Source: Bacteroidota bacterium
GTDB lineage: Bacteria > Bacteroidota > Bacteroidia > Flavobacteriales > Flavobacteriaceae
Direction of reading: 5' to 3'
DNA length: 28,662 nucleotides
Assembly (NCBI GenBank): GCA_021793535.1
Contig: JAJYSO010000001.1
Span: 1 to 28,662 of the forward strand
Shown here one piece after another: positions 8,680 through 18,731 of this stretch (positions are counted from its first letter, which is position 1; each line of letters begins with the position of its first letter). Below the pieces are notes generated by a model. That model searched no databases, had not been told where the DNA came from, and saw only the letters and a program-made list of their open reading frames with translations. Made by a program: the position numbers and the translations under genes.

Positions 8680-11169
8680 CTATTTGTTCACAAAAAAGAC
8701 GCCGTTTACCATCATTAATTTCCCACCTTCCCAAAAATTTCGGAAAAGCACATCATCTATATAATAAAGCACACTTCCTTTCCCGAGCTTGGCCTCACCG
8801 AACACCAAGGAGTTGCCCAGCTTTTTCTTTGCATCCTCTCCAGCGAATCCCGCCACATTATTGGGTTCCTCCGGTAAATAACCAACCGTAGCGTTTCTTC
8901 CCTCCAGATACTTATAGGCGTTACTCCCCAATTTCAAACTAAAATATTGATCTCCATAGCCAAAAGCCATAGGATGAGAATTATCCATTTCTACTTCAAA
9001 TATACTACCGGTCACCAAATTGGTCGCATTCTCCCGCTCACGTTGGTCATACCGAACTGGAGTTTTTATCGCCACTTCATCTCCATCGGCTTCCTTTCCT
9101 TCCTCAGGATCAACTGTTTTCTGGGTCTTCAATCCAAATCCATTATCCGCTAGTAGTTTTGCGGTTGTACTCATACTGATCAACTTTCCCCCGGCTTCAA
9201 CCCAAGCTTTTAATTTATGCAATCGATCGGAGTTCAATACCTCTGCATCCCTGATTTCCGGTAAGATAATGACATCGAATTGAGAGAGGTCCACCCGATC
9301 CAAAATTCTCGTATTTAAGGGAAGCATAGGGTATTTCAATTGCTGCTCAAAAAAGTTCCATACAAACCCATAGCTCATCGCATTGGTTCCCTCCCCCATC
9401 AACACGGCGACTTTCTCCCGATCGATGATTTTTAATTGAGTAGACCCGAAATCATACTGTGTTGTAGAGAAGCTCGAAGTGCTGCTGTATAATTTTCTTT
9501 TATGTGTATTGGCAATTTTGACTAAAGTTTGCTCAAAGTCTGGATTACTTTTGTTATCTCCACGGGTGATGACTAGGGTACCGGGCTCAAAATCAGTATC
9601 TGAAAAACGAAGCTTTTTCTCTGAGAAACGAACCTTGAGCTTAGCCTTAAGCAAATCTGCTAAAAACCGTGCATCTTTCATGCTTTCCCACTTTACCAAA
9701 TAACCAGCAGCACCTTGCTGCACGGTATTGGGTTCAAAAGACTCTGCTTGTCGTTTGGCTAAGCTCAGTTCACGCTTGCTAGCCACCCCGTCCAAGTCAT
9801 AGGCATAAATGAGCGACCATGCGGTAATATCATAGGTCAAAGGCGTACTCAATTTGGTATCTGGCTCAAAAAGAACGTGTACCATTTTTCCTTTGGGCTG
9901 ATGAGTAGGAACCACTAAAGCATCGGTAGCATCAATCGTCCCATTTTCTTGAGTGGAGTAACGAAATCCTGTCGCATTTCCGCCCGAGGCATAATAGTAC
10001 TGGATACCATGACGGTCAAGAAGCGCTGCCAAAAGTTCCTTGTTGCCCTGATCCCCTTGAATAACAAAATCTTTATACGTCAACCCGCTCTGGTCTTTAA
10101 AATAATTGTGCATTTCACGGATGAGCCGATCACCTAATCGCTCACTGGTTTCAATGGTGGCTATACCGCTGGCAAAATGGTGTTCCATCCGGTCTTTCAA
10201 GGTGAGCTCTTCTCCATTTTTTAAACCGATTCCAAGGCCGGCAGCACCGCCCCCTGCTTGCTCGTAGGTCATTCCGATTGCCCCGAAATAAGTGGGGTAT
10301 GTATCCCCGTAGCTCGGATACAGAAAGTCATAAATCTCTCGCGTAAAAAACAACCACCCGTTTTGATCAAATATTTCAGCATTATGCTTCCCAACTTCTC
10401 CTTGAAACTCCTTCTGCCAGTCTGTAAATATTGTGTGATAAGGCTCTGCTCCAGGAGCAAAGAAATATCCTGAGTTTACCCCCATTTCATGAAAATCTAC
10501 ATGTACATGGGGAAGCCATTTGTTATAAACTTTAATCCGAGCTTTGGAGACTTCCTGCGTGGTCCAAAACCAATCTCTATTGGGGTCGAATAAATAATGG
10601 GTATACCGTCCTCCTGGCCAAGGCTCATTGTGTTCATCCGCATCGGCATTTACCGTATTGGGTAGGGTACGCACCCGATTATACCAATTCACATAGCGAT
10701 CTCTACCATCCGGATTAATCGCGGGATCGATTATAACAATCGCATTTTTCAACAAATCTTGTCGAGAAGTGAGCAGCGTATATGCCGTTTTCATCGCTGC
10801 CTCGGTACTGGAAGCTTCGTTGCCATGCACGTTGTAACTCAGCCAAATAATGGGTAATTCTTCAGCGCTCCCATTCTCCTGGGTGACCCCTAAAGCATGC
10901 AAGTGGTTCTTGCGGATTTCTTCCAGCTTCGCCTGATTTTCCGCAGCCGTTAGAACGGCATAGCCCAACGTCCTGCGCTCATAGGTCTTCCCGTAGACGT
11001 TATAGGTCAGCAAATCACTGTTTTGATCTAAGTAATTAAAATACCGCACCACGTCAGCATGACGGGTAAATTCACTACCCAACTCATACCCTAAAAAGGT
11101 TCCCGGGTCTTGAGGCTGTGCAAAAGACAAGGCTGTAAAAAAGAACAAAATGGAACTTAAAAATCGCAT
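8680..11169 (-). CDS. Exported M14 zinc carboxypeptidase-family protein with a C-terminal class I glutamine amidotransferase-like fold
   Basis: Signal peptide, zinc motif NVHGNEASSTE, NPDGRDRY, DFHEMG and MTYEQAG. C-terminal FDVIILPE...WVEAGGKLI resembles the GATase1-like fold. Confidence 0.88.
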   Translation of the reverse strand: MRFLSSILFFFTALSFAQPQDPGTFLGYELGSEFTRHADVVRYFNYLDQNSDLLTYNVYGKTYERRTLGYAVLTAAENQAKLEEIRKNHLHALGVTQENGSAEELPIIWLSYNVHGNEASSTEAAMKTAYTLLTSRQDLLKNAIVIIDPAINPDGRDRYVNWYNRVRTLPNTVNADADEHNEPWPGGRYTHYLFDPNRDWFWTTQEVSKARIKVYNKWLPHVHVDFHEMGVNSGYFFAPGAEPYHTIFTDWQKEFQGEVGKHNAEIFDQNGWLFFTREIYDFLYPSYGDTYPTYFGAIGMTYEQAGGGAAGLGIGLKNGEELTLKDRMEHHFASGIATIETSERLGDRLIREMHNYFKDQSGLTYKDFVIQGDQGNKELLAALLDRHGIQYYYASGGNATGFRYSTQENGTIDATDALVVPTHQPKGKMVHVLFEPDTKLSTPLTYDITAWSLIYAYDLDGVASKRELSLAKRQAESFEPNTVQQGAAGYLVKWESMKDARFLADLLKAKLKVRFSEKKLRFSDTDFEPGTLVITRGDNKSNPDFEQTLVKIANTHKRKLYSSTSSFSTTQYDFGSTQLKIIDREKVAVLMGEGTNAMSYGFVWNFFEQQLKYPMLPLNTRILDRVDLSQFDVIILPEIRDAEVLNSDRLHKLKAWVEAGGKLISMSTTAKLLADNGFGLKTQKTVDPEEGKEADGDEVAIKTPVRYDQRERENATNLVTGSIFEVEMDNSHPMAFGYGDQYFSLKLGSNAYKYLEGRNATVGYLPEEPNNVAGFAGEDAKKKLGNSLVFGEAKLGKGSVLYYIDDVLFRNFWEGGKLMMVNGVFFVNK

Positions 11170-11254
11170 GATTTCGTATGTTATAAATTAGTTTTTAGTT
11201 TAAAGTTAAACCGAAGGGTAAATAAGGAGGTAAGCCTCTCTTCGGCAATTGTGT

Positions 11255-12769
11255 TTATTCCTTGTTTTCATTGATAAATGTCCGAACATCTGCAGCAAGT
11301 TTCTCCGCAAACTCATCGTTGACATATACCATGTGGCCCGACGCGTATAACTGGTAAGAAATATTGGCAAATAACGCTTTGGGGATCGGCAGTTGATCCA
11401 ACTCATAAACGGCCTCAAAATAAGGAGTAGCAATATCGTAATACCCACCCATCATTAGGACCTTCAATTGATTATTTTTCTTCATGGTCTTGGCCAAATC
11501 GCCCATTACATTGACACGTCCAAAATTTCCTTTGTGTTCCCAATCCCAATCCACATCTCCATGCCCGTACAAACTGGTCCGATAAGACCTGAACTTTCCA
11601 TAATTTAAATCGTTGAGAACATATGAATTAAAAAGGGATACATAAGCGCTGCTGATCGCATCTGATTGGGGGTCATTAGTCATTTTTTCAGCCAATGGAT
11701 TCAATATGGGTCCCCTAAACCGTGTATCTAAATTTCCAATCCCCTTGCCGTCTTCCAACAGGAGTTGTTGTCGAAATTGATTTCCTTTTATTCGTAAATT
11801 GGCTTTCTTGATATACCCTATCGAAAGTCCCGTATAGCGGTGTAATTTTTCTGCAATTTTATTAAAAGTTTGAGAATCCAGATGTCGTCCTTTATTCAAA
11901 GCCAACGCATACTCGGTCATTGCAAAATCTTCCACTTCCTTAAGGAACCCGGGCAAGTCTTCAGGTCGATTGGGGATTTTGTGATGGTACCAAGCCGTAG
12001 CGGCATAAGTAGGGAGAGCCAATTGATAGGCACGTCCATTTCCATATTCGGGATCCGGTCCATCAATGGTGTTGTTGTAATCCAAAATCTGAGACAATAA
12101 AATAACGCCATTGACATCAATGCTGTACTTTTCTTGAAGGGCACTGGCCAGCAACACGGCCCGCAGCGTGCCATAGCTCTCTCCAAAAATAAACTTAGGA
12201 GTATTCCAGCGGTTTTCTAGGGTCAAAAAATTGCGAACAAACTTGGCAAAAGCGGCTGCATCTTGATCAATCCCATAAAATTCCTTCTCGTGTCCTTTTT
12301 TAACTCGTCCAAAACCTGTCCCGGGGGCGTCTATAAAAACAAGATCGCTCACATCCAACAAGCTGTATGCATTGTCCTTTAGCTCATAAGGAGCACGCGG
12401 GTGCTCAGTTCCTTCTATATGTACTCTTTTCGGCCCGAAAGACCCCATGTGCAACCATAAAGTAGATGAACCCGGACCTCCATTAAAAATAAAAGTAATT
12501 GGTCTTTTCGATATTTCACCCACCTGTTCTTTTACGTAAGCCGTAAAGGAAATTTGGGCAAGAGTATCCTGTTCACTTTTATCTAAAATCGGCAACACCC
12601 CGATGGTGGTACGGTATTGAATTTTTGAACCCTTGAGGGTCAAACTGCCTTTGGTTGTAGCATTTTCCTGGATCCTGGAAAAATCAAGACTATCTTTCTC
12701 CTGAGAAAAAACAGCGGTAGAAAAAAACAGGACCCCTATCAAGAAAAGGGAAAAGCTAAGTATACGCAT
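11255..12769 (-). CDS. Exported S10 family serine carboxypeptidase
   Basis: Signal peptide, FNGGPGSS, DLVFIDAPGTGF, nucleophile GESYG, GYYDIATP and catalytic His in SGHMVY. Confidence 0.92.
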   Translation of the reverse strand: MRILSFSLFLIGVLFFSTAVFSQEKDSLDFSRIQENATTKGSLTLKGSKIQYRTTIGVLPILDKSEQDTLAQISFTAYVKEQVGEISKRPITFIFNGGPGSSTLWLHMGSFGPKRVHIEGTEHPRAPYELKDNAYSLLDVSDLVFIDAPGTGFGRVKKGHEKEFYGIDQDAAAFAKFVRNFLTLENRWNTPKFIFGESYGTLRAVLLASALQEKYSIDVNGVILLSQILDYNNTIDGPDPEYGNGRAYQLALPTYAATAWYHHKIPNRPEDLPGFLKEVEDFAMTEYALALNKGRHLDSQTFNKIAEKLHRYTGLSIGYIKKANLRIKGNQFRQQLLLEDGKGIGNLDTRFRGPILNPLAEKMTNDPQSDAISSAYVSLFNSYVLNDLNYGKFRSYRTSLYGHGDVDWDWEHKGNFGRVNVMGDLAKTMKKNNQLKVLMMGGYYDIATPYFEAVYELDQLPIPKALFANISYQLYASGHMVYVNDEFAEKLAADVRTFINENKE

Positions 12770-13003
12770 AAAATGTATTCTTGGTATTTATAAAACCCTA
12801 TAAAATCAAGGCATACAATTATAATCATTTTATCATAAAAATTTCTAATTTTCGCTTTAAAACCATAAAATTTTAACGTGTTTCATCTTATCAATAGATA
12901 AGTTTAATTTTCAATGTTCCACACTTCCTCATATCAGATGATCTTCAAACAAATTAATTTGATTACTTTTGGAGTCTAACAAACCTTTAACAACTTTATT
13001 TCC

Positions 13004-14677
13004 ATGAAAATAAACAACTTTCTATCCTTAGCCTCTACCCCAATAGCTTGGGTGTGTTGCCTTCTTTTCATCGCATCCGGATGTACGCAAAAAGAGAAAG
13101 AAAATGTCGATTTATTATTGACCAATGCCCACATTTATACGGTGGATTCCACCTTCTCAACAGCAGAAGCCATGGCCATAAAGGACGGTAAGATCTTGGC
13201 CATAGGAAAAACAAAAGACCTTCAAGCCCAATACAAAGGAGCAACCGAAATCAATGCCGAAGAAAAGACCATTATCCCCGGACTATTTGATGCCCACGCC
13301 CATTTTTACGGATTGGGGAGCACCATGCAAGAAGCTGACCTTGTCGGAGCCAAGAGTTTTGATGAAGTGGTAAAACGCGTAGTCGATTTCCAAGAAAAGG
13401 AAAACCTCAATTTTATCCAAGGGCACGGTTGGGATCAAAGTTTATGGGAACAAAAAGAATTTCCAACTAAAGAAAAACTGGACGAGGCTTTTCCTGATAT
13501 TCCTGTAGTACTGGAACGCGTGGATGGACATGCTAGCATTGTCAACCAAAAAGCATTGGATCTGGCCGGAATCACCGAAGACACTAAAGTAGAAGGAGGC
13601 TCTTTCATTAAAAAAGATGGAAAACTTACTGGCGTACTTGTGGACAATGCCCGACGTCCACTCTATAAAATATTTCCAGAATCCACACAAGAGAGTCGAA
13701 TAGACGCTCTGTTAAAAGCTCAAGAACTCGCGTTGTCCTATGGCCTGACTAATATTGCTGACGCAGGCACCTCTCATGAGCTTATTCAACTGATGAATAA
13801 GCTTGCTTTGGACAAGCAATTAAAAATTCAAATCAACCCGATGCTGATCTATAGCGACCCTCATCTGGACGATTATCTACACAAGGGCTTGGGAGAAAAC
13901 GAAGCCATTTCCTCACATTCCGTGAAATTTTTATCGGACGGGGCCATCGGCTCTAGAGGGGCTGTTTTAAAGGAGCCTTACTCAGATGATCCTGGAGATT
14001 ACGGCAAGTTGAGGGAAAGTCCCGATTTCATACAACGTTTAGTCGAAAAGGTATTGGATTCAGATTTTCAACTCAATACTCATGCCATAGGAGATTCTGC
14101 CAATCACCTGGTTTTACAGCTATATACGAAAGCTCTTGAGGGAACCAAAGACCGACGCTGGCGAATAGAACACGCACAAATTATCGACCCGGAAGACTTG
14201 CATTTTTTCAATAAAAACATCATTCCTTCAGTACAACCCACACACGCCATTACCGACATGCGTTTTGTAAAAGATCGCCTAGGGGAAGAGCGGTCAAAGT
14301 ATGGATATCGAAATAAAGACCTCCTCGAACAAGCCGGGCTAGTTGCTTTAGGAACAGATTCTCCAGTAGAGGAAATAGACCCTTATCGCACGTTTTATGC
14401 CGCAGTCGCTCGTAAGAACAGAAAAGGTGAGCCTAAAGACGGGTTTCAAATCGAGAATGCACTCTCCAGAGAAGAAACCTTAAAAGGAATGACCATTTGG
14501 GCGGCCTATGCACAATTTGATGAAAACACTAAGGGGAGTTTAGAACCCAACAAAGAAGCCAATTTTGTCATTCTCGATCGGGATATTATGCAGGTTCCCA
14601 TCGACAGTGTACTGAAGACAAAAGCACTGTCCACCTACATCAAAGGAGAAGTAGTTTATAGGCAAAAATCCGAATAA
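13004..14677 (+). CDS. Amidohydrolase-3 family (YtcJ-like) metal-dependent hydrolase, lipoprotein
   Basis: Lipobox ASGC, PGLFDAHAH, RVDGHA, KFLSDGAIGSRGA, HAIGD, RIEHAQ and GTDSPVE. Confidence 0.9.
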   Translation: MKINNFLSLASTPIAWVCCLLFIASGCTQKEKENVDLLLTNAHIYTVDSTFSTAEAMAIKDGKILAIGKTKDLQAQYKGATEINAEEKTIIPGLFDAHAHFYGLGSTMQEADLVGAKSFDEVVKRVVDFQEKENLNFIQGHGWDQSLWEQKEFPTKEKLDEAFPDIPVVLERVDGHASIVNQKALDLAGITEDTKVEGGSFIKKDGKLTGVLVDNARRPLYKIFPESTQESRIDALLKAQELALSYGLTNIADAGTSHELIQLMNKLALDKQLKIQINPMLIYSDPHLDDYLHKGLGENEAISSHSVKFLSDGAIGSRGAVLKEPYSDDPGDYGKLRESPDFIQRLVEKVLDSDFQLNTHAIGDSANHLVLQLYTKALEGTKDRRWRIEHAQIIDPEDLHFFNKNIIPSVQPTHAITDMRFVKDRLGEERSKYGYRNKDLLEQAGLVALGTDSPVEEIDPYRTFYAAVARKNRKGEPKDGFQIENALSREETLKGMTIWAAYAQFDENTKGSLEPNKEANFVILDRDIMQVPIDSVLKTKALSTYIKGEVVYRQKSE

Positions 14678-14697
14678 ATAGCCGGGTGATCTCCTAT

Positions 14698-14726
14698 AAA
14701 AAAGGGCGCCTTTTTGCGCCCTTTTT
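14698..14726. terminator. Bidirectional intrinsic terminator
   Basis: AAAAAAGGGCGC-cttttt-GCGCCCTTTTT between convergent genes. Confidence 0.88.
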
Positions 14727-14744
14727 CTTTGTTCTTTTCACAAA

Positions 14745-17009
14745 CTATTTGCCCTCTTGAGCAACTTGATCAATATACTGGCTGAACTTCGACAAGGTCT
14801 CACTGAGCAACTCTATTTGCTCCTTCACTCGATCAAACTGCCGCTGTTCAATGGCTTCTCGTACCCCGGGGATGGTTTTCACTCCATAACCCGTATGGAA
14901 TCCCGGCGCGTAAATCATGTGCTTAAACCAAGGCCTATCCGGTAAACCTTGTGCTGCCGTCAAATACCGCTCACTTTTATAGAGCATACGGTTGATGGCT
15001 TCAATTTTTTGCTGATCTTCCTGCCCATCTAAGGCGCTAAACACCTTCTGATAGCCTTGAGCGCTTTGTTTCACCTTCCCCAATGCTTTATCCAAAGGAT
15101 CGAAATTATAGACAGGAATCGCTTCTTTCTCTTCAGGAGTTTTCATTTTTTTAAGCGGATCTTGAACCGTTTTATATACGTCATCACGCACCAATTGGTT
15201 TTCAAAGTCCGTTTTTTCTCGCATGTCATCAGCCAAATCTTTGACTTCATTTGCATAACGTTCTACTGTCTGGTGAAAGTGAACAAAATCAAAAGGCAAT
15301 ATATCGGCATTGGCCAAACGCAAGGCCGTTCTTCCGGCAACCTTTGCCAAAGCCTCCTCATAATGGAATCCCGGATCTAAAAATTTTGAAAAATAAGTAT
15401 AGTTGTCATAAATAGAATGGTATTGTGCATTCACCCCTTCACCGCCAAAGCCCAAATTCATCGAGGCGATGCCCAAGTGATCGATAAAAGCCGAATAATC
15501 AGATCCGGATCCCAACGCCCCTATTCGGAAGGTATCCACCTTTTTCCCTCTGTTTACGGTCTGTCTATTCAAGCTGCGTTGACCCACGGAAATTCCCGTT
15601 TGTGGGTCCTCCACATCAAAAGCAATTTGGGTGAAAAACTTTTCCAAAGAATGCGAGCCTCCCGCATTTAAAAAGCCCCTTGCGTTACCGTCGGTATTGA
15701 TATAGGCTACGGCCTTTTCCTTCAATTCATCGGCATAATCTTCTACCCACTCTGTAGAGCCGAGCATGGCCGGTTCTTCGGCATCCCAAGCGATATAAAT
15801 CAGAGTTCTTTTAGGCTTCAAGCCTTGTTTAGCTAAAGCGCCTATAGCCTTCGCCTCTCCAAGCTCAGCAACCATACCGGCTAAGGGATCAGCAGCACCA
15901 TTGACCCAACCATCGTGGTGATTCCCCCGAATCACCCATTGATCGGGATAATCTGTTCCTTTCATAGTGGCTACTACGTTATAAGTGGGGTGAAGATCCC
16001 AATTAAAAGCTAACTTAAAATGAACTTTTGCGGTATCATCACCGCCCAAATGATAGGTAATGGGAAGGCCTCCTACCCAATCTGCAGGAGCGGTAGGGCC
16101 ACCCATCGCTTCCAAAAGCGGTTGCGCATCCTCATATGAAATCGGTAAAGTAGGGATCTTTTTAATCACTTCGGCATCTTCTATTTTCAGGCGTTTGGCA
16201 TCTTTAGTTGCCGCTATCCCAGGGGTCAAAGGATCCCCAGGGTAAACCGTTAAATTGGTTACGCTACCGCGTTGCACACTGGAACTGTTCCGATAAGGCC
16301 CATCGGGATAAACATCTCCCTGGCCATAGCCATCATCTTGGGGATCAGAATAGACCAATGCCCCTACTGCTCCATGCTCATAGGCCAAGCGGGGTTTGAT
16401 CCCACGCCAAGATCGTCCGTATTTGGCAATGGCTATTTTCCCTTTAACCGAGACCCCCATTTTTTCCAACCGCTTATAATCCTCCGGAAGGCCATAATTT
16501 ACAAAGACCAAACCCGCCGTCACGTCTCCATCAGCCGAAAACACATGATAAGGAGGTAATTGCTCATCGGTTTGTTCCGTATACGGGTCACCCGGAATAA
16601 CCTCCTCCTTAAGTTTCGCTTTAAAGGAATGCGGGGCAATCAATTCCAATTTGCGCTCCTTAGGAGTAGGGAACAATACGTGATAGGTTTCAATTTTCGT
16701 TTCAAAGCCCCAACTTTTAAATAAAGAATCGATATAATATGCATTTTCCTTATCATAGGCCGATCCCAGATGATGGGGTCGAGCCGCAAGACGTTTCATC
16801 CACTCCCCCATTTCTTCGGCACTCAGCAACTCGTCAAACTTCGTCTCCAACTCCTGTTGCTGCTGGGAACGATCACCGAGAAACCCCATCAAAACCCCCT
16901 CTTCCATCGAAGAGCTTTCCTTGTTTGGAGCACTTTTTTTAGTCGTTTCGGAACAACTTAACAACATCGTGACAATCAGTGTAATAGACAAATAAAATAC
17001 ATTCCTCAT
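14745..17009 (-). CDS. M28 family glutamate carboxypeptidase II-like lipoprotein (PA domain plus transferrin-receptor-like dimerisation domain)
   Basis: Lipobox LLSC, PA region (LVFVNYG, GKIAIAKYG, VQRGSV), NHHDGW-GAADP, WDAEE, GSDY, YHSIYD and C-terminal RPWFKHMIYAPG. Confidence 0.93.
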   Translation of the reverse strand: MRNVFYLSITLIVTMLLSCSETTKKSAPNKESSSMEEGVLMGFLGDRSQQQQELETKFDELLSAEEMGEWMKRLAARPHHLGSAYDKENAYYIDSLFKSWGFETKIETYHVLFPTPKERKLELIAPHSFKAKLKEEVIPGDPYTEQTDEQLPPYHVFSADGDVTAGLVFVNYGLPEDYKRLEKMGVSVKGKIAIAKYGRSWRGIKPRLAYEHGAVGALVYSDPQDDGYGQGDVYPDGPYRNSSSVQRGSVTNLTVYPGDPLTPGIAATKDAKRLKIEDAEVIKKIPTLPISYEDAQPLLEAMGGPTAPADWVGGLPITYHLGGDDTAKVHFKLAFNWDLHPTYNVVATMKGTDYPDQWVIRGNHHDGWVNGAADPLAGMVAELGEAKAIGALAKQGLKPKRTLIYIAWDAEEPAMLGSTEWVEDYADELKEKAVAYINTDGNARGFLNAGGSHSLEKFFTQIAFDVEDPQTGISVGQRSLNRQTVNRGKKVDTFRIGALGSGSDYSAFIDHLGIASMNLGFGGEGVNAQYHSIYDNYTYFSKFLDPGFHYEEALAKVAGRTALRLANADILPFDFVHFHQTVERYANEVKDLADDMREKTDFENQLVRDDVYKTVQDPLKKMKTPEEKEAIPVYNFDPLDKALGKVKQSAQGYQKVFSALDGQEDQQKIEAINRMLYKSERYLTAAQGLPDRPWFKHMIYAPGFHTGYGVKTIPGVREAIEQRQFDRVKEQIELLSETLSKFSQYIDQVAQEGK

Positions 17010-17206
17010 AATACAAGTTTTTTCAAATTTATTAAATTTATAATAAAATCTTAGCTTTTATTTAAGTAAAAATTACTCCTCTTTTCCTAGTTCAGACTAT
17101 AGGTCCTCTCCAAGACTTTTTCTATAATACTAAAGCCTCTCCAGAACTCTCGTAGTATCTTTTAAATTTTTATGATAAAATAATAGAATAAAACCATCGC
17201 ACACGT

Positions 17207-17214
17207 TAAGTTTG
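17207..17214 (+). promoter_or_regulatory. Bacteroidota -7 box upstream of the thioredoxin-like/map/methyltransferase genes
   Basis: TAAGTTTG, followed by a small leader hairpin CATTAGC-N8-GCTAATG (17221-17242) and the ATG at 17260. Confidence 0.5.
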
Positions 17215-17259
17215 CAAGAGCATTAGCTCGACCTTGCTAATGACGGTAAGAGAAAACCC

Positions 17260-17814
17260 ATGAACCACTACTCAGCCCTATTTTGCGGGTTATTTTTTCT
17301 GTATTGCACCTCTTGCCCCGCATGGGCACAACAACAGCGGAAAGGAGAAGAAATTCAGAAGATAACACCACAATACACCGGATTACTCCACAAGCAAGAC
17401 CTGATGTACTCTCCATATACGGCCAGGTGGTTCCAAGTCTTCTACAACCATTATGACCCTAATGCCGAAAAACTGGCCTTACAAAAGATAAAGGAGCATA
17501 TTAATGAATTTGAAATTCTCTGCTTTATAGGAACCTGGTGTCCGGACAGCAAACGTGAAATTCCCAAACTGTATAAAATACTGGAAGCTGCAAAGTTCAA
17601 AATGGACCACTTCACCCTTTACGCAGTTGATTATCGCAAGCACTCCCAAGACCAATACGAGGACAATTGGAATATTTTGCGCGTTCCAACCATTATCTTT
17701 TTAAAAGACGGAAAAGAAATCAATCGCTTTGTGGAGCATCCCCTTAAAAGCTTGATCCAAGACTTGGCAAACATCGTGTCCAATCAACCCTATACAAACC
17801 CTTATCAACCTTAA
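17260..17814 (+). CDS. Exported thioredoxin-fold protein with a CxxS motif
   Basis: Signal-like N-terminus, GTWCPDS and cis-Pro loop RVPTIIFLKDGKEINRFVE. Confidence 0.82.
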   Translation: MNHYSALFCGLFFLYCTSCPAWAQQQRKGEEIQKITPQYTGLLHKQDLMYSPYTARWFQVFYNHYDPNAEKLALQKIKEHINEFEILCFIGTWCPDSKREIPKLYKILEAAKFKMDHFTLYAVDYRKHSQDQYEDNWNILRVPTIIFLKDGKEINRFVEHPLKSLIQDLANIVSNQPYTNPYQP

Positions 17815-17850
17815 CTGAATTCAACCTATAGTTTTATAAATTTAAACGGA

Positions 17851-18660
17851 ATGGTATTACTCAAAACCCCAGCGGAAATTGAATTATTAAGAGAGGCGGC
17901 CCTTATCGTCTCCAAAACTTTAGGCATGCTCGCTTCCGAAATAAAACCGGGAGTAAGCACCCTATATTTAGATAAATTGGCAGAAGAATTTATCCGTGAC
18001 CACGGTGCGGAGCCAGGGTTTTTAGGCATGTACGATTTTCCGAATTCTTTATGTATGAGTCCCAATGCTCAAGTGGTCCATGGCATTCCCAATGACAAAC
18101 CACTGGAAAATGGAGACATTATCTCTGTAGACTGCGGTTCCTATATTAATGGGTACTATGGAGATCACGCGTATACTTTTGAGGTAGGAGAAGTAGCTCC
18201 TGAAGTAAAAGATCTTTTGCGCATCACCAAAGAGTCGCTCTATGAGGGAATTCGAGCCTTCAAAAAAGGAAACCGAATCGGGGACATCGGCCACGCCATT
18301 CAACACTACACAGAGCAATACGGCTATGGTGTCGTTCGGGAACTGGTAGGACACGGGGTCGGAAAAGACATGCACGAGGACCCTCAAGTGCCCAATTACG
18401 GAAAACCGGGCCGGGGTAAAAAGATTAAAGAAGGAATGGTGTTGGCCATTGAACCCATGATCAATATGGGGACAAAGAACATCATTCAAATGCCTGATGG
18501 ATGGACGATCCTTACTCAAGACGGAAAGCCCAGTGCACATTTTGAACACGATGTCGCCCTGGTGGATGGCAAGCCCCAGCTCCTGTCTACATTTGATTAC
18601 ATTTATGAAGCTCTGGGCATACAATCCGATGAGGAAGATGAGTTCCGAAAAAAGGAATAA
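17851..18660 (+). CDS. map: Type I methionine aminopeptidase
   Basis: VVHGIP, DIISVDCG, YYGDHA, GHGVG-MHEDP, LAIEPMIN and SAHFEHDV. Confidence 0.97.
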   Translation: MVLLKTPAEIELLREAALIVSKTLGMLASEIKPGVSTLYLDKLAEEFIRDHGAEPGFLGMYDFPNSLCMSPNAQVVHGIPNDKPLENGDIISVDCGSYINGYYGDHAYTFEVGEVAPEVKDLLRITKESLYEGIRAFKKGNRIGDIGHAIQHYTEQYGYGVVRELVGHGVGKDMHEDPQVPNYGKPGRGKKIKEGMVLAIEPMINMGTKNIIQMPDGWTILTQDGKPSAHFEHDVALVDGKPQLLSTFDYIYEALGIQSDEEDEFRKKE

Positions 18661-18731
18661 GGTTTTAAAATACGCGTGGACCTTGGAGAAATAGCCGTTG
18701 TTTTTTGAATATTTTTAGTCATCTTGTGGGC

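Noticed and set aside
12770-13003. Very AT-rich 234-bp spacer as foreign DNA
   Set aside because: It is consistent with a divergent promoter region (TACTTTTG at 12964-12971); similar AT-rich leaders occur throughout the window.
17104-17143. Two CCTCTCCA direct repeats ~32 nt apart as a CRISPR-like or operator array
   Set aside because: Only two 8-bp copies, with no cas genes and no longer periodicity.
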